In this document: positions 1 through 9,900 of the stretch, piece after piece | Numbering within the stretch: the stretch's first letter is position 1 | Layout: each line of letters starts with the position of its first letter | Made by a program: the position numbers and the translations under genes | Origin: an uncultured Candidatus Rokubacteria bacterium | GTDB lineage: Bacteria; Methylomirabilota; Methylomirabilia; Rokubacteriales; DASRDR01 | Direction of reading: 5' to 3' | Length of the DNA: 64,000 bases | Assembly (NCBI GenBank): GCA_963805625.1 | Contig: CAWDVE010000010.1 | Coordinates: 512,001-576,000, forward strand | The notes under the pieces: model-generated | Databases searched by the model: none | The model's input: only the letters and a program-made list of their open reading frames with translations | What the model was told of the DNA's origin: nothing

Positions 1-295
1 CCACATTTCCAGGCGCGCGCTTCGCTGCTCGGCCAGTCCATCTCCTTAGACACGCCGATCGGCGCTGGCGCTTCGCCCCGGCGGAGTCGGCCGCCGGCCC
101 GCGCTCCCCCGAGTCTCACCCGGCCCGCCTGCCATGGTGTCACGGAGGTGTGAAATCGAAGGGCGCCAGGGCCGGTCGGGTGGATCGAGGCCGGCGATCC
201 AGCCCGATCGGGAAAGGCGCCGGGTCCGCTCCTCCCAGGGCTCCCGGGGCTCAAAATTGTTCGAGGGTCGCCGGAGTCGCCGAGACCCAGAGACG

Positions 296-2155
296 CTAGC
301 CGAGCAGGTGCGCGATCGCCTGCTCGTCGGCGGGGCCGACCGCCGTGAGACGCATCCGCACGAGGCCCGGGGCATCGCCGGGGAGCACCTTGGCGTAGAT
401 GGCCTCGGAGGGCCGGGAGAGCGGCGGCGGGTACTGGAGCCTGAGCTTCACGTTGGTCAGCGGCGCGAGGGGCTCGGCCATCTGCGCGTGGAGCTCGCGC
501 TTCTCGAGGCGCACGAGGCGCCCCGTCAGGGCGTCGGGGCGAATGATCTTCCCGTCGATCACCCAGCACTCCAGCGAGAGGTCGACGGTCACCTGACGTC
601 CGGGCTCCGGTGCCGGCGGTGCAGAGGCCCGCTCGAACCGGCCCCCGAGCCCCTGGAGCTCGTGGACGATGAGAGGCTCGGAGAGACCCTTCACCTGGAG
701 AGCGGTCGGAGGCCCGACCCGCCCCAGCGTTCCCAGCTCGGCCAGGGTTCGCGCGGTGAGGAGGACCTGGCCCCCCACCGTCGCACTCTCGACGCGGCTC
801 GCCACGTTGACCGCGCTCCCCACCACCGCGTACTTCGCCCGCTGCTCGGAGCCGATGTTGCCCACCACCGCCTCTCCCGTGTGAAGGCCAATGCCCATCT
901 CGAAGGCAGGGAGACCCCGGCGGACGTGTTCGGCATTGATGCCGGCCAGCGCATCCTGCATCGCGAGCGCGGTCGCGGCCGCCCGCTCGGCGTGGTCCGG
1001 GTGCGCCACCGGCGCGCCGTACACCGCGAAGATGGCGTCGCCGATGAACTCGTTGATCGTCCCCCCGTGGGCGATGACGACCTCCGCCATGCGGGCGAGA
1101 TAGCCGTTGAGGATCTCCATCACCTCCTCGGGCGCGCCCTGCTCGGCGAATCGCGTGTAGCCCCGCAGGTCGGACATGAGCACCGTCACGATCCGTTTGG
1201 TGCCGCCGAACCGGAGCCCTTCCGGCGACTCGAGGAGCGCTTGGGCGACTTCCGGGGACACGTAGCGGCCGAACGCGGAGCGAATGAAGTCGCGCTGGCG
1301 CAGGCCTTCCAGCATGGAGTTGAAGGCCTGCGTCAGCCGGCCGACCTCATCCCGCGACGCCACGCGGAGCGGCGTGGAAAGATCCCCCGCCGCAACGCGC
1401 GAGACGCCGCCCGTCAGGAGCGCGATCGGCCGTGTCAAACGGCGGAGGACCAGGAGCCCGAGCACGAGCGTGGCGACGGCCCCCACCCCGCTCGCCAGCA
1501 GCAGGGTGTTCCGGAGCTCATGAAGCCGGTCGAGGTAGATCTCGACCGGGTAGGCCACATGGAGGAGGGCCTCCGGACGTCCCTGGGCGTCGAGGATCGA
1601 CGCGAAGCCGGAGATCCACAGGCCGCCCTGATGGCGGTACACGCGCGTGTAGCGGGCCACACCATCCCCGAGCGTCCAGCCCATGGGCTCGATCAACTCG
1701 GGAGCCAGGGGGTATGAATCGCCTGGCCGCCCGGGTCCGCTGCTGGCGATAACCAGCCGGGCGCTTCGGGCGGCGGGCTGGACGCCCGTGAGGATCGTGA
1801 TCGGGCTCGTGAGAAGGGTCTCGTCCTGGATGGCGGCGAGGGCCCGGCGTGCCTCCTGATAACCGGCGGAGTCCGGCGACTGGCTCGCGCCGACCCCCAC
1901 GTGAAGGCGTGGGTCCAGCGCGGCCACCCGGGCGATGTTGAGGAGCTGCGTCCCGACCGAGTCCTCGACCTCCCGCTGCTGGCGCGTGTAGGTCATGGCT
2001 CCAACCGCGCCCACGGCGAGGAAGGTCACGGCCGCGAAGAACGCGGCCAGGCGGACGCTGAGCCGCTGCCACGGCCGGAGCGGGGGCGGCGCCGCCGTCT
2101 CCGGGCGGCCTGGTATGGCAGCCTCAGGCCTGTGCTGACCATTCGACTTCTCCAT
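296..2155 (-). CDS. Membrane adenylate/guanylate cyclase (two TM helices, periplasmic sensor, HAMP, class III cyclase domain)
   Basis: HAMP motif (RDEVGRLTQAFNSM); cyclase motifs VLMSDLRGYT, EFIGDAI, GIGLHTG, GSAVNVASRVES. Confidence 0.92.
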   Translation of the reverse strand: MEKSNGQHRPEAAIPGRPETAAPPPLRPWQRLSVRLAAFFAAVTFLAVGAVGAMTYTRQQREVEDSVGTQLLNIARVAALDPRLHVGVGASQSPDSAGYQEARRALAAIQDETLLTSPITILTGVQPAARSARLVIASSGPGRPGDSYPLAPELIEPMGWTLGDGVARYTRVYRHQGGLWISGFASILDAQGRPEALLHVAYPVEIYLDRLHELRNTLLLASGVGAVATLVLGLLVLRRLTRPIALLTGGVSRVAAGDLSTPLRVASRDEVGRLTQAFNSMLEGLRQRDFIRSAFGRYVSPEVAQALLESPEGLRFGGTKRIVTVLMSDLRGYTRFAEQGAPEEVMEILNGYLARMAEVVIAHGGTINEFIGDAIFAVYGAPVAHPDHAERAAATALAMQDALAGINAEHVRRGLPAFEMGIGLHTGEAVVGNIGSEQRAKYAVVGSAVNVASRVESATVGGQVLLTARTLAELGTLGRVGPPTALQVKGLSEPLIVHELQGLGGRFERASAPPAPEPGRQVTVDLSLECWVIDGKIIRPDALTGRLVRLEKRELHAQMAEPLAPLTNVKLRLQYPPPLSRPSEAIYAKVLPGDAPGLVRMRLTAVGPADEQAIAHLLG

Positions 2156-2184
2156 TCGACTTTCTTTCGACTTCTTTTCGACTT
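2142..2184. repeat. Four direct copies of TTCGACTT at 13/11/11 bp spacing
   Basis: Copies start at 2142, 2155, 2166 and 2177 and span the cyclase start codon. Confidence 0.8.
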
Positions 2185-2537
2185 CTAAGGATGCGCCGTT
2201 GCCATGCGGCGGTCTACCCCACCAGGCCGGGCCCTGGTCGGAGGGCCCAGGGCGCCGTCAGGCCGCTCGGCGCGGGAGTATCCCAGTTTGAGAGACGCGA
2301 CTGAACGGTGCTACGCTGACTTCGTGCATGGTTTCCCGTGGGCGGCGCGTGGTATCCGGGCGTGATGAGCCCAGGCGTGGTGGCGGCATCGCCCCTTCCA
2401 CGGGGTCTGAGTCGCCCTGACCCTCCGCGGGGCTCGGGTCGGCCGTCAGCAGACTCCGCGCATCCCGTCCCTCGAGAAGGTATCCTTCCCTTGTGGCCCT
2501 TCGTGGAAATCATCGACACGCTTCGAGGAGGCAACCG

Positions 2538-3035
2538 ATGAGGGTCAGATCACGCTTCGCCCCGGTGCTCCTGGCGCTCCTGGCGGCCGCGCTCCTGCCG
2601 GGAGCGGCGCGCGTGGGCGGCGCTCAGCAGCCGCCCATTGAGCTCATCCGGGTCGATCAGCTGAACGCCTTGCTCCGGAAGGGCACGGCGGCCCAGGTCA
2701 TCGACGTCCGGAGCCGACAGGAATACCTGACGCGCCACATCAAGGGGGCGATCTCGATCCCCCTCGACACGATCGAGCTGCGCGCGGGCGAGATCTCGCG
2801 CCAGGGCCTGGTCGTTCTCTACTGAGCGTGCCCACACCACCTGGCCAGTTTGGCCTACGGCAAGCTCCAAGCGTTGGGATACCGGAACCTGAAAGTCCTC
2901 GACGAGGGCATCCCGGGCTGGGTACAGAAGGGACTGCCGACGGAGGGCTGGGAGTCGCGCGGGCCGTTCGTACCGCACGGCGACGAGACCTACCGCGCCG
3001 TGGGGGTAGAGCCTCCCCCTCGCGCGACGCAATGA
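2538..3035 (+). CDS. Secreted rhodanese-domain protein, probable selenoprotein (in-frame TGA 2823-2825)
   Basis: GAGGAG RBS then ATG 2538; signal peptide; VIDVRS..EY...HIKGA, then VVLY-TGA-ACPHHLA..AY.KL..LGY.NLKVLDEGIPGW continues in the same frame (ORFs 2493-2825 and 2850-3035); final stop overlaps next ATG (ATGA). Confidence 0.85.
2826..2860 (+). promoter_or_regulatory. Candidate bacterial SECIS hairpin
   Basis: GGCCA-GTT-TGGCC (2843-2855); G-containing apical loop about 22 nt after the UGA. Confidence 0.55.
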
Positions 3036-3508
3036 GCACGGGCCCCGGCGCACCGGCGGTCCGCGAGGATCCCCGGGATGCGATCCCGCGCCTCCTGGCG
3101 GGTCGGGGCTATCGAATCACGGCGCCGCGCCGGGCGGTGCTGGACGCCCTCGCGTCGAGCCAGGAGCCGCGCACGGTGGCTCAGCTCCACCGCGCCCTCG
3201 GCGGCGGGCGTGTGAACCTCGTCTCCGTCTACCGCACCGTGAAGCTTCTCTGCGACGTCGGGCTGGTGCGCGCGACCGACGCGGCCCAGGGCCAGCGCCG
3301 CTACGAGCTGGCCGAGCCGTTCATGGCGCACCATCACCACATGATCTGCCGGCGGTGCGGTCACATCGAGGACCTCGACGGCTGCCTGCTCGAGCCGGAC
3401 GTGCTGGCGCGGTTGGGACGGCGCGTCAGACAGTCCCACCGGTTCCGCGTCACCGATCACGAGCTGCGATTCTTCGGGGTCTGCCGGCGCTGCGAAGGCG
3501 GCGCCTGA
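3032..3508 (+). CDS. Fur-family metalloregulator
   Basis: R-T..R..VL, SVYRT, HHHHMICRRC and C-terminal CRRC motifs. Confidence 0.93.
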   Translation: MSTGPGAPAVREDPRDAIPRLLAGRGYRITAPRRAVLDALASSQEPRTVAQLHRALGGGRVNLVSVYRTVKLLCDVGLVRATDAAQGQRRYELAEPFMAHHHHMICRRCGHIEDLDGCLLEPDVLARLGRRVRQSHRFRVTDHELRFFGVCRRCEGGA

Positions 3509-3679
3509 GCGGGCGCGATCCCTCAGGCCCCGGCCCAGGCGCCCAGGAAGAGGACCAGGCCCAGACGGAGGATCGCCGCCGCGCCGAGCACGCCCAAGAG
3601 CCCTTGAGGCAACACCGCGGGAGCGTGACGCGGCCGAGGTCTCCTCATGCGACGATCGTGTCGACTGGGAAACTTTTCC

Positions 3680-4681
3680 ATGCATGCGATGGTCTTGCGC
3701 CGCCAGGGGTCGATCGACTTTCGCACGCTTGAGAGAGCGGAGGTGGCGGACCCGGAGCCGCGTGCCGGCGAGATCCGGGCGCGCGTGCAGGTGTGCGCGA
3801 TCTGCCGGACGGATCTTCACGTCATCGAAGGCGATCTGCCGGCGCGCCGGCTGCCGCTGATCCCGGGCCACCAGGTGGTGGGCACCGTGGAGCGACTCGG
3901 ACCCGGCTGCCGCCGGTTTCGCGTCGGAGATCGGGTCGGGATCGCGTGGCTCCGGGAGACCTGCCACGTGTGCGAGCTCTGTCGCGCGGGCGCCGAGAAC
4001 CTCTGCGAGGCCTCGCGGTACACGGGCTATCACGAGGACGGCGGGTACGCCGAGCTGGCGGTCGTGCCGGAGGCCTTCGCCTACGCGATTCCCGCGGCCT
4101 TTTCGGACGTCGAGGCGGCGCCGTTGCTCTGCGCGGGGATCATTGGCTACCGCGCGCTCCGGCGCACGGAGCTGGGGCGCGGCGGCCGGCTCGGGCTCTA
4201 CGGCTTCGGCTCCTCCGCCCACGTGATCACACAGATCGCCCGGTACCGCGGCATCGAGGTGTTCGCGGCAACCCGGTCCGCAGGACATCGAGATCTGGCC
4301 CGGCGGCTGGGCGCCGTCTGGGCCGGGGCTGCCACCGAGCCGATGCCAGCGCCTCTCGACGCGGCCATCGTCTTCGCCCCGTCCGGCGAGATCGTCCCAC
4401 CGGCGCTCCGGGCGGTGCGAAAGGGCGGCACGGTGGTCCTCGCCGGAATCCACATGACCCCCATTCCCGCGATGGAGTACGGGCCGCATCTGTTCCACGA
4501 GAAGACGCTCCGGAGTGTGGAGGCAAACACCCGGCAGGACGGTGAGGATCTACTGCGCGAGGCGGCCGAGATTCCGATCCGGCCGTCCGTCACCGCCTTT
4601 CCCCTGGAGAGGGCCAACGAGGCCCTGGTCGCGCTCAAGGCCGACCGTCTCGACGGCACGGGCGTGCTGCTGGTCGGGTGA
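3680..4681 (+). CDS. Zinc-dependent alcohol dehydrogenase family protein
   Basis: CRTDLH, PGHQVVG, CHVCELC..G.ENLC, APLLCAG, GFGSSA. Confidence 0.93.
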   Translation: MHAMVLRRQGSIDFRTLERAEVADPEPRAGEIRARVQVCAICRTDLHVIEGDLPARRLPLIPGHQVVGTVERLGPGCRRFRVGDRVGIAWLRETCHVCELCRAGAENLCEASRYTGYHEDGGYAELAVVPEAFAYAIPAAFSDVEAAPLLCAGIIGYRALRRTELGRGGRLGLYGFGSSAHVITQIARYRGIEVFAATRSAGHRDLARRLGAVWAGAATEPMPAPLDAAIVFAPSGEIVPPALRAVRKGGTVVLAGIHMTPIPAMEYGPHLFHEKTLRSVEANTRQDGEDLLREAAEIPIRPSVTAFPLERANEALVALKADRLDGTGVLLVG

Positions 4682-4697
4682 CGCGTGGGGCGAGGAG

Positions 4698-5306
4698 TCA
4701 GACGGCGGGACCGACGACGAGCTCGAGCGAGGTGATGCGTCCCCCGTTGATGGGGACCAGATCCATGGGACAGGAGGAGACGGCCGCAACGACGTCGACG
4801 AGGCAGCGGAAGACGATCCGGTCGCCGGGACGCGAGGGCGCCGGGTGGAAGTTGAACTCCCCGTCGGGACGGGGCGGCGTCTTCATGAACAGGTTGACGG
4901 GGTCGGGGAGCTGCCACTCCTCGACGTGGTAAGGCGCGAGGGCCTCGAGAAGGTTCATGCGGCAGCTGCGGTGGTCCGTGAGGCCGAAGCGCTGGCGGTA
5001 GAGGGCCGGACTGCAGGCGCAGAAGAGGAGGTCGTGCACCCCGACGTCGTCCCGCACGATCTCGAGCACCGGTTCGCGGTCCTGGTTGACCAGGCGATCA
5101 CCGACCCGGAGGGTCAGGCGCCGCAGCGACGATCGCGTCTGGTGAGGCGAGACCGCCTTCCGCGGATCGGCCCGCTGGATGGCCACGAAGTCGGCGACCT
5201 GGGCTCCCTCGAGGTCGACGACCGACAGGAGCTCTCCCGCTGCGACCGGGATGGCCCCGCCATGCCCGGCGGGGACGAACACCGTACGCGCCTTCGGCTG
5301 ACTCAC
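4698..5306 (-). CDS. DUF1989 / urea carboxylase-associated family protein
   Basis: VVDLEGAQVADF, HDLLFCAC, SCRMNL, PDPVNLFM, SSCP motifs. Confidence 0.88.
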   Translation of the reverse strand: MSQPKARTVFVPAGHGGAIPVAAGELLSVVDLEGAQVADFVAIQRADPRKAVSPHQTRSSLRRLTLRVGDRLVNQDREPVLEIVRDDVGVHDLLFCACSPALYRQRFGLTDHRSCRMNLLEALAPYHVEEWQLPDPVNLFMKTPPRPDGEFNFHPAPSRPGDRIVFRCLVDVVAAVSSCPMDLVPINGGRITSLELVVGPAV

Positions 5307-5502
5307 CGGATGCCTTCCCGCCGCCGCTTGGACATGGCCCCCTCTTCTCGCGGAGCCAAGCTCCGCGGATTGCGAGAACTCTAGGGAGGCGCTCGGCCAG
5401 CGTCAAGGGCTCCCATGGCGGCTCCCATCGGCGTGGCGGCGCCTCTCCTCGCCGGCCGCGACGATGCGCTACATCGTCGCGGCCGAGATCGACCCGCGGC
5501 AA

Positions 5503-5806
5503 TGACCCGTGTCTACACGGTGACGCTCCTGGCGACGGCCTTGCTGGTTCATGGGCTCCCACGCTGGGTCGAGGCAGCCAGCCAATACAACGCGGGCGAC
5601 CTCCTCACCGCCGCGGATGGCAGGCCGTAGGCAACATGACCGTCAGGACTCAGGAGTCGGCCATCGTGATTCCGAGCGGCCCGTACAAGGACGAGACCAT
5701 GCAGAGCGAGGGGCTCAGCTTCTGGCTGGGCGTGGGCGGCACGACGTCACTGACGCCGCAACAGGTCAAGGCGCTCGCGGACAGGATCGCGGCGCACCTG
5801 CGGTGA
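5503..5806 (+). pseudogene. Degraded secreted-protein gene (two coding-like segments in different frames)
   Basis: Signal-peptide-like ORF stops at 5630; a coding-like segment (...IPSGPYKDETMQSEGLSFWLG...ADRIAAHLR*) ends at 5806. Confidence 0.35.
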
Positions 5807-5830
5807 CGGCCGGCCCTGAGGCCGGCTCTC

Positions 5831-6514
5831 TCACCCTGGGAGGGTCCAGCGAAGCCAGGAGGCCCGGAGCCGCCAGGGCCGCTCCTGACGGCGCTTGAAG
5901 CGCGGGGCGCCACGGTAGGCGCGTACCGCCTCGTCGAGAGCCGCGCGCGCCCGATCCGCATGGCCCGTCGCTAGGTAGGCGCGCGCCAGCTTGTACTGCC
6001 CCTCGACGCTCGAGGCATGCACCTCGGTGAAGCGCTCGAGATGCGCGAGGGCCTCGGCGGGCTGGCCGTGATCGAGGTAGTAGTCGGCGAGCCGGAGATG
6101 GGGCTCCCCGTAGCCGAGACGCGGGTCCCGAGCAAGCGCCTCCTCGATCAGCGGGCGGCCGTGGAACTCGTCACCGAGGCGGAGGCGGGCGGCCCCGAGG
6201 TAGTAGGCGGTCTCGGCCACCTCGGGCGCCCGGGCGTGAGCGGCTTCCAGGTGGGGCAGCGCCCGGGCCGGGTCTCCCGCCTCGACCAGCAGGCGTCCGA
6301 GGTCGGCCCGGGCCGTGGCGTCATGGGGATTCATCCCGACGGCCCGGCCGAGCTCGCGGATCGTCAGCCACCGGTCGATGGCGCGCGGGATCCGGAAGAG
6401 ACGGGCCGAGAGGTATCCGTACCCGGCGGCCCAGACCACGAGCACGCCCAGAAGCGCGAGGATCGGATTGCCCGTCATCCACGTGAGGACGCCGAAGAGA
6501 AACAGGTTCCTCAT
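5831..6514 (-). CDS. Membrane-anchored tetratricopeptide-repeat protein
   Basis: N-terminal hydrophobic segment then TPR-like helices (NPHDATARADLG, YYLG, EGQYKLARAY). Confidence 0.8.
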   Translation of the reverse strand: MRNLFLFGVLTWMTGNPILALLGVLVVWAAGYGYLSARLFRIPRAIDRWLTIRELGRAVGMNPHDATARADLGRLLVEAGDPARALPHLEAAHARAPEVAETAYYLGAARLRLGDEFHGRPLIEEALARDPRLGYGEPHLRLADYYLDHGQPAEALAHLERFTEVHASSVEGQYKLARAYLATGHADRARAALDEAVRAYRGAPRFKRRQERPWRLRASWLRWTLPG

Positions 6515-6636
6515 GAGCTCACGATAGAGGCGAGACCCACGCGCGGGCAAGCGGACGGAGCGAGGCCCCCCCGCGCCCTGACGGGGCTGACGCGACGCAA
6601 GCCGACGCTCGGCGCACCTTGCGCGCAGAACGCCGC

Positions 6637-6972
6637 TCACGGGCCGATCGTCAGGAGCGCGAGCAGCATGGTCAGCGTAACCACGCTGACGACGGTCGAG
6701 AGCACGGCCGCCGCCGAGACGAGCGCCGGACGCGCGTCGAACTCCAGCGCCCTGAGGGCCGACGTCACCGCCGTCGGGGTGCTCGCCTGCACCACGGCCA
6801 CCGCGAGCGCCATGCCCTCGAGTCCGACGAGTCTGCCCACGGCCCAGGCGATGGGCGGGACGGCCACGAGTCGGATGGCCGTGGCCAGCGCCGCATCCTT
6901 GGCGTCCTCCCGCACCGTCAGCCGGGCCAGCTGGAGGCCGACGAGCAGGAGCATCAGCGCCACGGCGCCCAC
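6637..6972 (-). pseudogene. AEC-family (auxin efflux carrier-like) transporter, C-terminal fragment only
   Basis: LMLLLVGLQL, RLVAVP, QASTPTAV, STVVS motifs; only ~110 aa and abuts the stop of the upstream cyclase. Confidence 0.75.
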
Positions 6973-6992
6973 GGATAGGGGCGGTTGGCCGC

Positions 6993-9900
6993 TCAGGCCT
7001 GCGTCGCTGCCTGTCTCAGCCAGAAGTCCATGTCAAGCTCGCGGTACATGGTTGTCGCGGCGCGGACGTGCTCTCCGGCCTTGACCTCGTCACCGGTGTG
7101 CCGGTAGACCTTGCCCAGGCCGAGGTGGCAGTGGGCGACGAGGGGGCGCATGCCGAGCTCGGAGGCCAGGGCCATGGCGGCGCCGTAGCGCGCTTCGGCC
7201 GTAGCTACGTCGGGACGGTCATGGTGCAAAGCAATCTCGCCGAGAAGGCGAAGCCCCCAGGCCTCGGAGCCACGGTGACCGCGTTCCCGGGTCAGCGTCA
7301 GGCCGCGTCCTGCCAGCGTGAGAGCGTTCTCCGGCCGGCTTGCCAGCAGGTACGTCTCCCCGAGATGGATGAGTAAGGGCGACCGCCACTGGACCATCGC
7401 CATGGCTTCCATGGCCGCCAGCGCTTCCTCGAGCAATCCCAGGCCCTCGGCAACACGGCCCGACAGCGTATAGAGATAGCCCAGCTGGTCCGCCACTTCC
7501 GGCGACAGTTGCGGGAGATGTCGCTCACGGGACAGCGCGAGACCGCGCTCGGTCAGGCGGATCGCGTGGTCGAGGTTCCCCCGGGCGCCGTGGACGCGGC
7601 CCAGGCCCCGTAAAGCACAGATCAGGCTGTACGGGTGGTCGAGCATTTCGGCGAGTCGGACCCCCTCCTGTGCCTCGACCATCCCCCGGTCGAACTCGCC
7701 GCGCTCGGAAAGGGCCAACGTCCAGAACATCCGAGACATCACGGAAGGAAATCCCGCCAGACCACAGCGCTCACGAAAACGATCGCCCTCGAGCAGCTGG
7801 AGGATTCGCGGGAAGAACTCGTCAGTCCGACGATAGTCGCCCGCGACAAAATAGGCCGTCCCGAGGTAATAGTTCGCCGCCACGCGAAGCGGGAGATCCT
7901 CGAGCGCCTCGGCAATCGTCAAGGCGTCCTCGGCGAACTCGGGCGCATCCGCCGCGTGCCCGGTCTGTCGGGTGTGCTCGCTCAGGTACGCGGCAATCCA
8001 TCCCAGGCGTCGCTGATCGCCAAGCTCCTGGGCCTGGCGTTCCGCGTCGCGCAGATGCCCGAAGCCAGTCTCGAAGCGTCCGAGGGGCCAGAGCGAGTTT
8101 CGGAGAGCGAGGCGAACGTCGACGCCCTGCTCCAGCGTCTCCCGGGTGGCCGGAAGATGGCTCAACGCCGCCAGCGCCTGCTCGAAGGACGCGACCGCCT
8201 CGCGGTTGGCCGAGCGGGCGAAAGCCTTTGCCCCCGCCTGCCGGAGGTAGTCCACTGCCTTGCCCCAGAACTCGCCCCGGTAGGCATGGTAGGCCAGCTG
8301 CTCGATGTGCTCGGTCAGCCGGTCGGCGTAGAGTGCCTCGGTGGCGTCGACGATTCGGGCGTGAAGCGCGCGGCGGCGGTCCTGGAGCAGGCCTCCGTAG
8401 GCGACCTCGTGGGTGAGCGCATGTTTGAAGGTGTACTCGAGATCCGGGAAGAGGGTCGTCTCGTACAGGAACTCGGCCGCCTGGAGGTGGGTGAGCCCGC
8501 GGCGGAGAATGTCTTCCGGCACGTCCGCGATGGCCTGCAGGAGCGCGAACGACACGTCCTTCCCGATGACGGAGGCGGCCTGGAGCAGGCGCTTCTCCTC
8601 GGACGCCAGTCGGTCAATGCGCGCCGCGAGGATCGCCTGCGCCGTGGCCGGGATCTGCCACGCGTCCGGCGCCTTCGTCATCCGATAGGCCCCCCGTTCC
8701 CCGACCAACACGTGGGTCTCCACGAGGGACCGCACGCTTTCCTCCAGGAAGAAGGGATTGCCCTCCGTCCGCTCGATCAACATCTGCTTGACCGGCGCGA
8801 GGGTCCGATCCTCGCCCAGGAGGACGTCGAGTAGCGCTCCAGCGCTTTGGGGCGGCAAGGGATCGATCCGGAGCTGGAAGTAGTAGGTCTTGCGGCCCCA
8901 GGCGTGCTCGTACTCGGGACGGTAGCTGACGAGGAGCAGGATACGGGCAGTTGGCAGGCTCTCGATGAGCCCATCGAGGAACGCCTGCGTTTCCGAGTCG
9001 ATCCAGTGGAGATCCTCGAAGAGTACGAGGAGCGGCTGGATCTGACTCTCCCGGAGCAGCAGCTGCCTGACCGCCTCCAAGGTCCGGTGACGACGCTGCG
9101 CCCGGTCGAGGGCGTCCCACATGGCATCGCCGACGGGGATATCCAGCAGGGCCAGCAGCGGCGTCAGGAGTGGCTCCAGAGTCCGGTCCAGCGTCAAGAG
9201 CTTGCCGGCGACGCGTTCGCGCACGGCTCGGGAATCGTCGCGCTCCTGGATCCGGAAATACGCCTTCAGCAAGTCGATGACGGGCAGGTACGGTGTGGCC
9301 TTCCCGTAGGAGACCGAGGCGCTGTCGAGCACCAGCCATCCGTGGGTACGGTGGGACCGTGTGAACTCCCAGAGGAGGCGCGATTTCCCCACGCCGGCTT
9401 CACCCACCACCGCAACCACCTGCCCGTGCCCTGCGGCGGCGCGCTCGAGCGCCTGAGCCAACTGTTGCAGCTCACCCTCCCGCCCGACAAAGCGGGTCAG
9501 GCCGCGCGCGGCGCTGGCCTGGAGCCGCGACCGCGCTGGGACGACCCCGGTCAGCTCGTAGACCTGAGCCGGGCTCTCGAGCCCCTTCACAGTGACCATC
9601 CCGAGCGGTCTCACCTGGACGTAGCCTTCAGCCAGGTTTAGGGTCTCGCCGGTGACCAGCACGGATCCCGGCTTCGCCATCTGCTCCATCCGGGCCGCGA
9701 GATGGGTCGTCTGCCCCACCGCGGTGTAGTCCATGTGGAGGTCACTGCCGATGGCGCGCACGACCACCTCGCCGGAGTTGAGCCCCACGCGGATTTGGAC
9801 CGGCGTGCCACCCTCGCGCTGGATCTCGTCCGCGTAGAGATTGACCCGTCGCTGCATTCGCACTGCCGCATGGCAGGCGCGGACCGCGTGGTCTTCGTGG

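Noticed and set aside
134-1717. 527-aa + strand ORF and the many other long antisense ORFs (e.g. 55723-58857, 32785-34539, 44633-46447)
   Set aside because: Shadow frames opposite well-supported genes in high-GC DNA; Arg/Pro-rich with no motifs.
2190-2530. GC-rich hairpins upstream of the rhodanese as a possible riboswitch
   Set aside because: No recognisable riboswitch consensus; an Rfam search would be needed.
5628-5630. TAG in the small secreted ORF as pyrrolysine or read-through
   Set aside because: Downstream coding-like segment is in a different frame and a TGA follows within a few codons; decay is simpler.
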